Assembly (NCBI RefSeq): GCF_006345805.1 | Contig: NC_043018.1 | Span: 1,302,001-1,366,000, forward strand | DNA from: Octopus sinensis | Taxonomy: Eukaryota | DNA length: 64,000 nucleotides | Direction: 5' to 3' | Shown: piece by piece, positions 37,320 through 50,029 of the stretch | Numbering within the stretch: the first letter of the stretch is position 1 | How the letters are laid out: each line of letters starts with the position of its first letter | Notes under the pieces: model-generated | Seen by the model: only the letters and a program-made list of their open reading frames with translations | Database searches by the model: none | What the model was told of the DNA's origin: nothing | Translations under genes and position numbers: made by a program

Positions 37320-37830
37320 CATATACATATAAAAGCGCAAGTTGTCCGTTTGGACGTCTCTTTGTGTCAAGTTGCCGTTCACACAGTTTAACGAATTTTC
37401 GTGAAACTTTGCAAGGATGTTAAAGTACCATCCAGGTTGTTTTTGCCAGGTAAAGCAAGCGGTGAACCTATATTCCATCCTAGAATTCCACTTCTTCCCT
37501 CGGATACGCTTTTCACTACAAGCGACTACAATTCCCGTTGAAACTGAGCTTTGCAAAGAGCATTAGCAAGGATCAGGGACAATCCTTGGACGTGGTAGGT
37601 CTGAATATTGTGGAACCTGTTTCCTCCAATGGCCAAAATTATGTGATATGCTCAAGTGACGGCAATCGAAATCCTTTGTTTGTTTATGCACCAGAAGAAA
37701 ATACAAAAAATGTTGTTTATCAAGAAACTCTGCAAACTTAATACGATTCACCACATCATCAGGTATTTAATATTTAACTGTAAGTGTTTTAAATCATCAG
37801 GTATTTAATATTTAACTGTAAGTGTTTTAA
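37320..37830 (+). mobile_element. Helitron deletion derivative retaining the PIF1-like helicase C-terminus
   Basis: Reads GEPIFHPRIPLLPSDTLFHYKRLQFPLKLSFAKSISKDQGQSLDVVGL...SNGQNYVICS...TKNVVYQETL, matching PRIP...RLQFP.RLAFA.TINKSQGQ...SHGQLYVA.S. Confidence 0.88.
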
Positions 37831-37859
37831 ACGTATTGATAATCTACGGGTTGTTTTAT

Positions 37860-37930
<71 letters not shown>

Positions 37931-37933
<3 letters not shown>

Positions 37934-38346
37934 CGCAGGAGTGGCTGTGTGGGTAAGTAGCTTGCTAACCAACCATGTTAGCTTGCTAACATGGTTCCGA
38001 GTTCAGTCCCAATGCGTGGCATCTTGGGCAAGTGTCTTCTGCTATAGCCCCGGACCGACCAGTGCCTTGTGAGTGGATTTGGTAGACGAAAACTGAAAGA
38101 AGCCTGTCGTATATATGTATATATATATGTGTATGTGTGTGTCTGTGTTTGGCCCCCGAGCATTGTTTGACAACCGATGCTGGTGTGTTTATGTCCCCGT
38201 AACTTAGCGGTTCGGCAAAAGAGACCGATAGAATAAGTACTGGGCTTACAAAAGAATAAGTCCCGGGGTCGAGTTGCTCGACTAAAGGTGGTGCTCCTGC
38301 ATGGCCGCAGTCAACTTACTGAAACAAGTAAAAGAGTAAAAGAGAG
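37931..38346 (+). mobile_element. SINE family A, full length
   Basis: aggcgcaggagtggctgtgtgg... to gtaaaagagtaaaagag. Confidence 0.92.
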
Positions 38347-38612
38347 TATATTAGTATGTCTACTGTTAAACAAAATGTCAGACGGTTCCTACATTCATTA
38401 CAAATCTATTTCAGCTCTAGCGATTCTACTGTTATATTCTCTGGGAAAAGCCCTTTTCAGAGTTATTTACTTTGAATTGTTATCCCATATCCGATTAGTC
38501 TGTTATTATGTAACATGCTCCAAGATTTTCGTATGCATACATTATTGGTATTTTCTCCTACCGCTTTTCCGGGAACTACCGGTTACATACATATATATAT
38601 ATATATATATAT

Positions 38613-38722
<110 letters not shown>

Positions 38723-38733
38723 ATATATATATA

Positions 38734-38773
<40 letters not shown>

Positions 38774-38940
38774 CATTATTGGTGAATTGAAGAAATGGAG
38801 CTGAACGCAGATTGAACAGAATCGTTTTATTTCATTATTTATTCATTTTATTTCATGTTTACTGCTGTGATTTTTGCTACTAAGGTATCGGTTAAACTTT
38901 TGATTAATCTACTACAAGATTATTCATCTTTCTATTTCAC

Positions 38941-39066
<126 letters not shown>

Positions 39067-39145
39067 CATAAATAAATTGTAAATATAAATTATATGTGGA
39101 CATTTTGTGTGTGTGAGTGTGATTATACGTATCACCCACACACAG

Positions 39146-39180
<35 letters not shown>

Positions 39181-39193
39181 TCACATACACACT

Positions 39194-39238
<45 letters not shown>

Positions 39239-39924
39239 ATATATATATATATATATATATTCACATACACACTCACATATATGTGCGTATGTAATTTGTA
39301 CGTATGTATGTATGTATATGCAAGTATATATTGTAGGTTATGTTCGTCTGCCCTTTTGTATATGTTTGATCAATTGATATAAATTCTATAAGCTTTATTA
39401 ATTATTCATGACTTAAGATGTTTTTGTTTCTGCAAAGGTTTCGAAATGACAGGAATATAATAAACATATTTTATTCTGTTGTCCTAAATTTCGTCGTGTA
39501 TTCGGAGTTTCCATAGATATCAAGACGCATAATTTTACTACAAAAGTTTATTTTTCTTTATTTAAAAAAAAAAATTTGGTAAACGGTAATGACGTTTCAG
39601 GCTATACTAAGATTGACGGTGTTACCTTTGAACAAACCCATTCAAAATCCCAACTCCCCAGGTAAAATGGAAGGATGAGCTTAATTTAAAGTGCTACCTG
39701 CTCTCTGTACACCTCAACACAGCATGGCCTTTCACCAATTTCGGGAAATACATTCCATTTCTGTACTTCTGGTTGTAAAAGCATTTTGTTAAAATTATGT
39801 ATACATGTTTATATATATATATATATGTGTGTGTGTGTGAGAGAGAGAGAGCGTGTGTACGTGTACGTGTACGTGTGTGTGTGTGAGAGAGAGCGTGTGT
39901 ACGTGTTTGTGTGTGTTCGTATCG

Positions 39925-40270
39925 TGAGGATGCATGGCTAGGTGGTTAGGGTGTTGCACTAACGGTTGTGTGATAGTGGTTTTGGTTCCCAGACCAGGCG
40001 TCGCGTTGTGTTCTTCAGCACTTCATTTCACGTTGCTCTGCGACCGTTTCGTCACCTGACATGTTCCACATGGTGCAACTGTACTGGTAATATTCATTTG
40101 ATGTTGAGAGTGCATTTATGACGACACACACATTTGAACAGAATAAGAAAATCCTCTGAGTGTTTGTTCGGCTAGAAATTTAATTCTTTATTGGCTGCTA
40201 AGTACCAGTTGTATACTGGGACGATCTAATCGACTGGCCCTCTTCAAAAATTACGGGCCTTATGCCTAGA
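39925..40270 (+). mobile_element. Old tRNA-headed SINE remnant(s)
   Basis: tggctaggtggttagggtgttgcac (A box)...ttggttcccagaccaggcg...cacttcatttcacgttgctc. Confidence 0.55.
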
Positions 40271-41867
40271 GTAGAAAAGAATATGTTTTTCAGTATGGTT
40301 AAAATAAAATTCAGTGTGGAACGTTGCTCCTATTTGGAAAGGTAACAATGCTGCCCACACAATAACCAAAAGGGATTTCACAAATGAACAGTAACCATCT
40401 TTATCAGGAAAGAATCTTTCAAAAATGCATTGCATCATAACGATTATATCTGTTCTCTTTTTCGTCATCTACCTTACTTTGTTTCTCTGCCCCAATATTT
40501 TTTAATAATTCTTTAAGTGGGCACATAATATTTCCAATGATCTAGCATGCCGTACTCAATCCTGTCACATCACCCAACACCGAACAGCGTGTATTAACCA
40601 TCGTAAGCGTTTTTCTTGCAAATTTCAGTCAATAACCTTTAACGCTGAAGTTTCATTTCGTTGAGTTAGACACCATTTTGGAACTTCTTGTCTTGTTTTA
40701 TTAAAACCATCATGAAACTCGTTCAACTATGAAAATAATTTTTTCTGCATTTAGGATCATATTATATTTAATAAATTTGTATCTTCCTCTTATTTAAACG
40801 ATACGCTGTAATGTAATTTAAATTAGATTTGGTTCCTACTTCTACGTTGCCATAGTTTGTTAGCCCTAAGTCATATTTGATAAAAAGATTTATGGTTAAA
40901 AATACCTGAAGCATAGCTCTGTTGCCTATATATTGAATATGCATGAATATATTTTTCTCTCATTTAATCGTGTAGAGTGTCATATGATAGTAATTTCGCT
41001 GCTAATTCTGGAACACTCAGCGTCCACATACACGCTCTCTCATTTGTTCAACGGAAAACCAAAATTTAAAATTAGCTGGATGATAAAAAGCTATTTGATA
41101 AATTACAGTTGTAGGATACGCAGAGTAGTGCGGTGTACTCTCAGTATGAATTTAATTGCTCTCGTGGATAAAGAGCCTGTATGCCCGGCGTGCCCCTTCC
41201 GTTTGCCAAAGCCGGACCCCACAAAATCACATATTGCCTATAGCAGCACCAAAAGTGCCCCCCGGAGCGGACCGTCGCTACCCCACCTACCTAGGCTAGT
41301 AACTGCTTGGGCCTGTAGCTTCAGCATGAGCGCTTGGGAAGTTTTACAGTTAAGATTGCAGATTTTTTTTACTTTTGACTAACTACCCATTTTGGTTTAT
41401 CACGTGATGGTCAGATCCATTTAGTTTTATTTGGACCGACCATATCTTTAATGTGATTGACTGACCTAGCGTCTGTTCGTTAGTTCTTCAATCAGAAATT
41501 CTGTCTTGTTAAGTCCACAGGGAGAAGACTTATGTTACGAGCGATAAAGGTCTTTGAAGTGAAAGCAATTTTTATTCTAATTAGAACTTTGAACAGGTTT
41601 CAAGCCAGAATCTTTGAAGTTAAGCTTAGAGTTCTATCAACCTTTAAATAGAAGTAACCAGAATTATTGTGACACTGTACTCAGGGTTTTCTTTAACCTC
41701 TTTTCTACGTTTTGTCGAACTTTTAAATATTTATAATGACTTAACAATTGAAATATCCACCAGTTTGCTTTATAAAATCTCTGTAGTTGTAATTAACGTT
41801 TCCTTGCGGTCTACTGTAATTTTTCTCTGAATTAATTTATTATTATTCATTTTGAATTCATATAATA

Positions 41868-42197
41868 AAAGACTAAAGACTCCGCCGGTTACGACGACGA
41901 GGGTCCCAGCTGATACGATCAACGGAACAGCTTGCTCGTGAAATTAACGTGCAAATGGCTGAGCATTCCACAGACACGTGTACCCTTAACGTAGTTCTCG
42001 GGGATAATCAGCGTGACACAGAGAGTGACAAGGCTGACCCTTTGAAATACAAGTGCAACTCATTTTTGCCAGCTGAGTGGACTGGAGCAACGTGAAATAA
42101 AGTGTCTTACTCAAGGACACAACGCGTCGCCGGGAATCGAACTCACAACCTTACGATCATGAGCCGAATGCCCTAACCACTAAGCCACGCCCCCTCA
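41868..42197 (-). mobile_element. SINE family D monomer with 13-bp TSD
   Basis: TSD aattcatataata at 41855-41867 and 42198-42210. Confidence 0.93.
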
Positions 42198-42264
42198 CAA
42201 TTCATATAATAGCACTTAGTGAAATATATATATATGTCGACACACATATCATACTGCTTTAGAT

Positions 42265-44880
42265 TGGTGAAACCTGACGTGATAAAAATAATGATTCCAT
42301 GGAGATTTTACAGAAATATCAACAAACTTTAAAATTTTCTGCAGAAGACAAATAAAACTTTTTCCTACTACCAATATAGCGCCATTTTGAATCTTACTAT
42401 TTTGCTACCACTTTAGTAACGTATATAAAGGTCTTAAATACTTTTTAACTGCAAAACAGATAAAAAATTTTCAATAAGTTCTCGTCTACATGCTATAATA
42501 TCATTATCTGGCATACTATAAAATCATGTCTAGTCAGATAACTCTTTTTTCAAAACCGCTTTAGCCGTTTATACAGCTTAGAAGCCATCAATTGCGAGAC
42601 GAGAATTGCACATAACTTTACCTCTTACTGCTCCTCTAGAGTATTTTTGATACCGTCATTTTCATCGTGTAGGAAACGTAGAAATTGAATCAGCAACACG
42701 TAATTTTCTTGATAACCTATATATCATTGAAAGCCCTACTGCTTTACCAAATCAAGCTTTCATATCTTTTATTTCTTCACAATTCAATTGGGATTTTGAA
42801 ATATGGTACACACAGCTAGAAGCAAATTTCGCCGCGAATAATATAACTTGGAATGTCAGACGATCACATTTATTAGTCAGCGTTTTGCCTCCGATTATGA
42901 GTAGTGAAGGTAAGGATCTCATTAGCAATAATGCAGATAGCCCATCATATTCCACTCTGAAAATAAAACTTTTACGGCGTACCACTTCTTCTAAAGAGAA
43001 ATGATGCCACCAATTAATGTATAAATACCCTTCTGAGTTACTTAGAAGGATGATAGATTCAACTGGAAACAACCCAGTTGATGTAGATATGGTGTGAGAT
43101 AATTACTTATTACGTTTCTCGAGGCTCCGAAAGAATATACAAGAATTTCTAATCTCTTGTTAAGGGTACACTACCCTTCCCAAAGTCCATCCCCTCCTCA
43201 CCGTGGTGGGGACGCTGGCAACAGGTAGTGTCACAGCTATGCCGTCGGGAACGTCGGTTCCTTGTAGAGCCACCCAAGGCAGCTTGGTCTCACACCGTGT
43301 GGTATTAGGGCCACGACCTGGCAGACGGGGCTCTGGTGAAAATCCTCGGAGTGTCTGTTTCGATAATCGGCGGCTCCTCAGTCGTTCTGTCCCTGCGTCT
43401 GCGGACAATCTGCGGCAAACAGGATGTCTCTAGAAGCGGGATTGTTGGGGGACCGCTTGTGAAATCCACATATTCCCACAAAATCTTCTTCCAATAGAAG
43501 AAGCCGACTCAACCCGCCCAGGGTGAATGTCGCCACAAGTACAAGTAAGTAAGTATACTACCACCCAGCAATTGACTGATATGGCAGATAGAATCATGGA
43601 GATTTCTTCTGTTCCAAAAACTTCTGAAAATTCCCCTGTCATTTCATCGTTATCTACAGAGCTATCCAGAAGGAATTCGATAACAAGATTCAAATTTCAC
43701 TGATCAAGTCCCCCGTTTCCTACCTCCTTCTTTTTCTCATCGCTCAAGGCAACGAAATCGTTCGTCTTCTCGTAGTCTTCGTTCGTCTAGTAGAGATTCA
43801 CAACAATATTGTTGCTATCATCGCAAATTTGAAACTCATGCTCATAAATGTATATCACCATGTATTTTTCGTTTTTAAGTTCAGGAACAGGAAAACGCAA
43901 TTCCCAGTAAAATTAACAGCGGCTGCATTCCTCGATAAGCCATTTAAAAGCGTCGTCTCTTTCATTCACGATACCAACTCGAAAGAAATGTTAGTACTAG
44001 ATACTGGTCCTGCGTGTAGTGTCTGGCCTGCAAGTTTTATGACAGCAGCTGCTATTTCTTTACAGGCTGATGATCATTCGTCAACTTCCACCTATGGAGA
44101 AAATTTGTTCACGTTAGATATCAACCTTCGAAGACCATTTAAATGAGTAGTTGTTATTACTGATTTGCCATACCAAATTCTTGGTGCTGACTTTTGGCTT
44201 CATTTACATTTAATAGTTGATTTAAGGAATAAGAGAATAAGAGATGCACACATTCTTCTTTCTAATCAAGGTGTGTCTTCAAGAATTGTTACTATTAGCC
44301 TTTTATTTTTTATTCCATCTCTTACGAATGTTTTTCATGAGCTGATATCAAAATTCCCAGAGTTGCCTTGAACCGTTTTTCAAAACTTCAAAACTTCCAT
44401 GCTCCTTCAAAACTTCCATGCTTTCTGAGATTCGCCAATACTACACCTGATTCCCCCCCTCCTTACACACACAAACATGTATCTGACTCATACATTGTTC
44501 GCTTTCCAGACTTTATATACACTTTCTGACAAGTTGTGGTGCACCTGAGCACTGTATACAATAATTTCATTGTTATTATTATAAAATAAATCACCAACGC
44601 AGACTTCAACGCATCATATTCTCACTAAGGATCCTCCAGTTGTTTCCGCTCCTCGGCGCCTTGCTCCAGAATACTCAGAGTTACTGAGGATGAGTTTCGT
44701 CACATGCTTGACTTAGGGATAACTCGTCCAGTAGTAAATGGTGTTCGCCATTGCATCTTGTCTTCAAGAGTTGCGAGCCAGGGGTGATTTTCGTCATTTA
44801 AAAGCCATTACAGTTCCCTGATTATTATCCGATACCTCATTTACATGATTTGTCTGCATCTTTGTCCGCCACCATTGCTT
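42265..44880 (+). mobile_element. Decayed Ty3/Gypsy LTR retrotransposon internal region (PBS, gag, protease, RT start)
   Basis: PBS-like tggtgaaacctgacgtgat at 42265; gag WYTQLEANF...YSTLKIKLLRR...PSELLRRM and RSRQRNRSSSR...CCYHRKF..AHKCISPC; protease LDTGPACSVWP / ILGADF; RT APRRLAPE...EFRHMLDLGI and GDFRHL..IT.PDYYPIPHLHD. Many stops and frameshifts; no LTR identified. Confidence 0.9.
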
Positions 44881-45060
44881 GATAACCGGTGTTGGTTATT
44901 AACTAATTCGTTAACTGAGCGGTTCGGCTAAAGAACCGATAAAATAAATACAAGGCTTACACAAACAAATACTTGGGTTGATTCATTTGACTAAAAATTC
45001 ATCAAGATGGTGCTCCGGCTTGGCCACACTATAATTTAGAAACTGGTAAAAGAAAAACGA
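44880..45060 (+). mobile_element. SINE family A 3' part, old
   Basis: gagcggttcggctaaagaaccgat...gatggtgctccggcttggccac. Confidence 0.65.
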
Positions 45061-45188
45061 TAAAATTATTATTATATTCACTAACAAAATTTATTTTCCC
45101 AATAAGCAGATAGATCTGAAAATGAAAAGTGAAATTCACTAATGCTTGGTAGAACGGCTGTGATTTTGTACCTTCTCTATAAGGATCG

Positions 45189-45576
45189 GTGGAGGCGCAA
45201 TGGCCCAGTGTTTAGGGCAGCGGACTCGCAGTCGGAGGACCGCGGTTTCGATTCCCAGACCGGGCATTGTGAGTGTTTATTGAGCGAAAACACCTAAAAG
45301 CTCCACGAGGCTCCGGCAGGGGATGGTGGTGTACCCTGCTGTATTCTTTCACCACAACTTTCTCTCGCTCTTTCTTCCTGTTTCTCTTGTACCTGTATTT
45401 CAAAGGGCCAGCCTTGTCACTCTCTGTGTCACGCTGAATATCCCCGAGAACTACGTTAAGGGTACACGTGTCTGTGGAGTGCTCAGCCACTTGCACGTTA
45501 ATATCACGAGCAAGCTGTTCCGTTGATCGTATCAGCTGGGACCCTCATCGTCGCAACCGACGGAGTGCTCCTACTA
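45189..45576 (+). mobile_element. SINE family B with 12-bp TSD
   Basis: TSD ctataaggatcg at 45177-45188 and 45577-45588. Confidence 0.93.
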
Positions 45577-46461
45577 CTATAAGGATCGAATTATAGTTAG
45601 CATAATAACAACGACAACATCTTCATTAATTACATCTAACGATCCCAAATTATTTCATGTAAATATACATTCAGTCGAGCTGACGTATAGTAACAATAAA
45701 TGGCATCGTGTATAAAAATAATGATTCCAATATCAACTGTAACGTTTTAATGTGAAGAAAGAAAAAGATAGCTCACGTGATTACTTACTACAAAGCACTC
45801 ATTTATTGCAGCACCGGGTGACATTTTGCCTCGTGTAAAGAGATGAGTTTATCAAGCAAACTATTTATAACAAAAAAAAAAACGAAAATAAATTAATATA
45901 TAACTAAATAAATAAATAAATAATCGAAGAAGAGCAAATTAAGAGAGAAACTTAAATTCTTGGTTGAATATTTGACAGACTGTTCGATAGCATAATATTC
46001 GATGTACAAACATATATTGATTGTCCAATAGTATTTCAGTAACAAAAAACAAAAACAAAAACGAAAAAAACAAAGAAATCAAATCAATATAATTGTGCAA
46101 CTGAGAGATTAATTTGAGTTTTGTTCTTTTTGAAATTTTGAAATTTTGAGTTTCGTTCTTTTTTGAAATTTTGCGACAAAAGTTAGTTTGATTTCAATGA
46201 GTTTTATTATTATATTGCAGTCATCGGCGAAGACTCTTAGCAGATGCTTTAGAAAATCAAAACTAATTAAATGTTAACTGTATTAATTTGTAAACCTACT
46301 TTTAATGACATGCTATAGACATGTTAGCAATATTTTCAAACTCTGATTATAATTTAATCGTATTAGTTTCCCTAATGAAAATTCGATGCATGACAAAACT
46401 AAATTTTTATAGTTTAATTACTTGATGTATGGTCTCATTCTGTAGCAGCCTTGTTGATGCT

Positions 46462-46474
46462 GTTATTATTATTA

Positions 46475-46553
<79 letters not shown>

Positions 46554-46572
46554 CATTATTATCATTATTATT
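46462..46572. repeat. (ATT)n microsatellite
   Basis: Direct reading. Confidence 0.95.
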
Positions 46573-46919
46573 ACCATCAAAACCATCAGTTACGGCAATT
46601 AGCGCTAATGTTTCTCTTGAAGGTTGCAACAATTCATTTTGGCCACGAAATTAATGGCTTCCTTCGAGGAGACATTAAGTGTTGTTATTTCATTATATAT
46701 TTAATTATTTTTTGTCAATATTGTTGAATTTCTGTTATAATTTGTTTAAATCACTCGAGTTAAACTTTATATTTAATATAACATATTGTGAATTTGCTTT
46801 GCTGTGCACTGGGTGTTCCGATACACTCGCATAAAGGTTTGTATAGTAACCCCCATGTAACTTACACTAACGCCATGATACAGACATCTTAATTCAAGTG
46901 ATTCTTTTATTCCATTTTC

Positions 46920-47208
46920 TCTTACCTCCTCAGTAATTTGGCTTAAGCTATGCTGGAGCCCGCCCTTAAAGGGGTTTCATCGAAGGAAACGACACCAGGA
47001 CGGATTTTTTAAAAGCCTAGTACTTATTTTATCAGACGCTTTTGCCGAACCGCGTAATATATAATATACGTGGATGTAAATATATCAACACGAGTTGCTA
47101 AATGATGGTGGAGCGACAAACTCAAACACACAAACACACATATATGTATATAGATAGACAGATAGATAGATTGGTAGATAGATAGAAAGGTAGATATATA
47201 TACACACA

Positions 47209-47242
<34 letters not shown>

Positions 47243-47284
47243 CATACATACATACATACATACATGCATACATACATACATACA

Positions 47285-47318
<34 letters not shown>

Positions 47319-47515
47319 CTTACAAAGATGTGTGTGCATGTGTGTTACTATACATACACGATGTTTCAGTTTTCATCTACCGAATCCACTCAAAAGTCTT
47401 TGGACCGCTGGTAGACCCAAGGCTAGAGTTGAAGTCACCAGACCACGGAGACACGCAGTGGGACTGAACCTTGAACCGTATGTTTGGGAAGTAAGCTTAT
47501 TAGCACACAACCAAG
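46920..47515 (-). mobile_element. SINE family A, old, with internal (CATA)n expansion
   Basis: gctatgctggagcccgcc...ttttgccgaaccgc...cacgcagtgggactgaacc. Confidence 0.7.
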
Positions 47516-47583
47516 TTCTAAATTAACACTTTCAACCAGAATTCCACATTAATATCTGTTCCTAACACAAACATAACACTCAG

Positions 47584-47648
47584 ACGAAGGAAATTTTATA
47601 GAAGTTAAAAGGGAAACAGACAAAAATATGCACCTGTGTACACTGCAG
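47584..47648 (+). CDS. Candidate internal exon of unknown product
   Basis: cctaac...ctcag|AC GAA GGA...CTG CAG|gtaaga, open frame (D)EGNFIEVKRETDKNMHLCTLQ; acceptor tract is weak. Confidence 0.25.
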
Positions 47649-47942
47649 GTAAGAAGGTAGGTATAAATGAACGAAATTTATCAATAAAGAAAAGAAGATT
47701 TTGTATTAGCTTACATATTGTTTAATGTTTCTCTATAATATTTTGGGAAAGATACTCATGTTCAAATAGAAACAGAAATTTATCCAAAAGTTGGGAAAAT
47801 TTATTATTAACGATATGCCATTCTTGGGCGCTTCATAAAATTTTTCATCAATTTTAGAATCAACTTAAAAAAAAAAATGCGCAGTATTTCAATAGCAGTA
47901 TTGTAACAGAAGTTTTAACATTAAAAGAAAGGAAATTCGAAG

Positions 47943-48027
47943 TTTACCACTATGTTCTTATATCTAACATATTTGTGTTTTGCTTCTGTTTTAATTTTTA
48001 TCTCGTCTTTGTGCATGCAGGGTAAGT
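47943..48027 (+). other. Strong 3' splice site followed by a single G and a consensus 5' splice site
   Basis: CTAAC at 47964, no AG in 47943-48018, U-rich tract, tgcatgcag|G|gtaagt. Confidence 0.4.
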
Positions 48028-48314
48028 AAAACCTTTTCGCGTTGAGGTGTACGCCGTTCATTTTATTTTGAGAGACGCATGAATTTGATGCAAGTGAGAG
48101 TTGTTAACTGCATCAACCAATCTGACACCTTTCTAATATGTTGAAAGCAATACATCTTATCCATAATGGAATATGTGGTAGCTTGGGGATTCCTGTCTTA
48201 CCACAAAGATTATCTCTTCATCCTCATTACCATAATCGATATTCTACTCACCTTCTGCACCATAATAGGAGTAACCCACTACCACCACCACCACCACCAC
48301 CACAACCACCACAG

Positions 48315-48394
<80 letters not shown>

Positions 48395-48589
48395 ACTAAC
48401 AATAATAATACTACAGAGGAGTAGGTGGAAGGTAGGATTTATTTTATTTGCCGTAAGGACGTCGCATGAAGTGAACAATACAAATGTAGGTTACAATGTG
48501 TTCGTGTTTACTCAAAATCGGATGACGGCAGAAAATGAGCGAGGAGAAATATGATGAAGTTATACATTGTGTACAAAAAGAATATGAAT

Positions 48590-48752
48590 AGGTGCAAGTG
48601 TAGCTGTGTGGTAAAAAGCTTGCTTCCCAGCCACGTGGTTTCCGATTCAGTCCCACTGCGTCACACCCTGGGCAAGTGTATTCTACTATAGCATCGGGCC
48701 GATAAAGCCTTGTGATGGGATTTGGTTGAAGGAAACTAAATGAATCTCGCCG

Positions 48753-48811
<59 letters not shown>

Positions 48812-49285
48812 GTGTGTGTGTGGCTGTATATATGGTTGTGCCTGTCTTTGTTTCCCCACCGACTCTTGACAGCCTATTTCTTTACTACCCACATGGAGCT
48901 AAACACAGGGGAGACAAATAATGACAAACAAACGGATTAAGTCGATTATATCGACCCCAGTGCGTAAATGGTACTTATTTAATCGACCCCGAAAGGATGA
49001 AAGGCAACTTTGACCTCAGCGAAATTTGAACTCAGAACCTAACGGCAGACGAAATACGGCTACATATTTCGCCCAGCGTGCTAACGTTTCTGCCAGCTCA
49101 CCGCCTTCCAACTCTTGACAACCGATGTTGATGTGTTTGTGTGCCCGGAGGTTAGCAATTCTGCAAAAGAGACTGATAGAATAAATACTAGACTTACAAA
49201 GAAAAGTCATGGTGTCAGTTTGTTCGACTGAAGGCGGTGCTCCAGTATGGCCGCAGTCAACTAACTGAAATCAATAAAAGAATAA
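48590..49285 (+). mobile_element. SINE family A interrupted by a family C insertion (48875-49107, minus strand)
   Basis: The family A body resumes after the C copy; 16-bp imperfect TSD ccgactcttgacagcc / ccaactcttgacaacc. Confidence 0.85.
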
Positions 49286-49706
49286 TAGGCTATGGATACT
49301 TCATCTTTGTTGATGTAGGGAAATTTATAGAAGCAATTATGAAATCTAGTGATCCAGGCTCACTATGGCAACTGATGTTCTCCGATCTATAGGCACATGC
49401 TTTAATTTTTCCACGGTCACTGATATCATAATAGAAATAATAGAGAAGAATTTGTAGATTCCAGAAAAAAAGCAAGGGGAGCTAGGCCGAGGTGCAGGAT
49501 ATTCATGTAATCTATTCATCCTCATCCGTCATACAACATCATTTCTGGTCTCCTGTGACGTGACAAACAACAACTCGCCTGCATATATTTAAACTCGAGA
49601 CAAATCGCCATAAAGAAACGAAATCGCTCTACATCAGGTAAATACAATTGGGCATAACTCCACAGTTATTTACATTTGACGGATTTTTGTCCTCATCTTG
49701 TTTCTT

Positions 49707-49752
49707 AACACAACGTTTCGACTGATATGCCCTCCAGCCTTCGTCAGGTGTC
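49707..49752 (-). ncRNA. Minimal type I hammerhead ribozyme, canonical core
   Basis: Reverse complement: GACAC CTGACGA A GGCTG gagggcatat CAGTC GAA ACGT T GTGTT; all stems pair (two G-U pairs). Confidence 0.8.
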
Positions 49753-49813
49753 TTGGGGAAATTTCGAACCTGGATTCTCATTCCTAAAGTTGTTATTATT
49801 ATTATTATTATTA

Positions 49814-49875
<62 letters not shown>

Positions 49876-49983
49876 TCACTGCCTGGAATTGAACTCAGTA
49901 TCTTGGGGTTAGTAGCACGCACTCTTAATCACAACATTGAAAAATACCTTAGGAGTGAGAACCCAGGTTCGAAATTTCCCCAA

Positions 49984-50029
49984 GACCCCTGATAAAGGCT
50001 GGAGGGTGTGTCAGCCGAAACGTTGTATT
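49984..50029 (+). ncRNA. Hammerhead motif, degenerate (G8A, weakened stem I)
   Basis: GACCC CTGATAA A GGCTG gagggtgtgt CAGCC GAA ACGT T GTATT. Confidence 0.55.

Noticed and set aside
38820-38890. AG-free tract ending taag|gtatcg as a recursive splice site (also 6070 and 39660)
   Set aside because: AAG acceptor and weak donors; expected by chance in T-rich DNA.
42752-43072. 106-aa minus-strand ORF
   Set aside because: Antisense of the Gypsy gag N-terminus.
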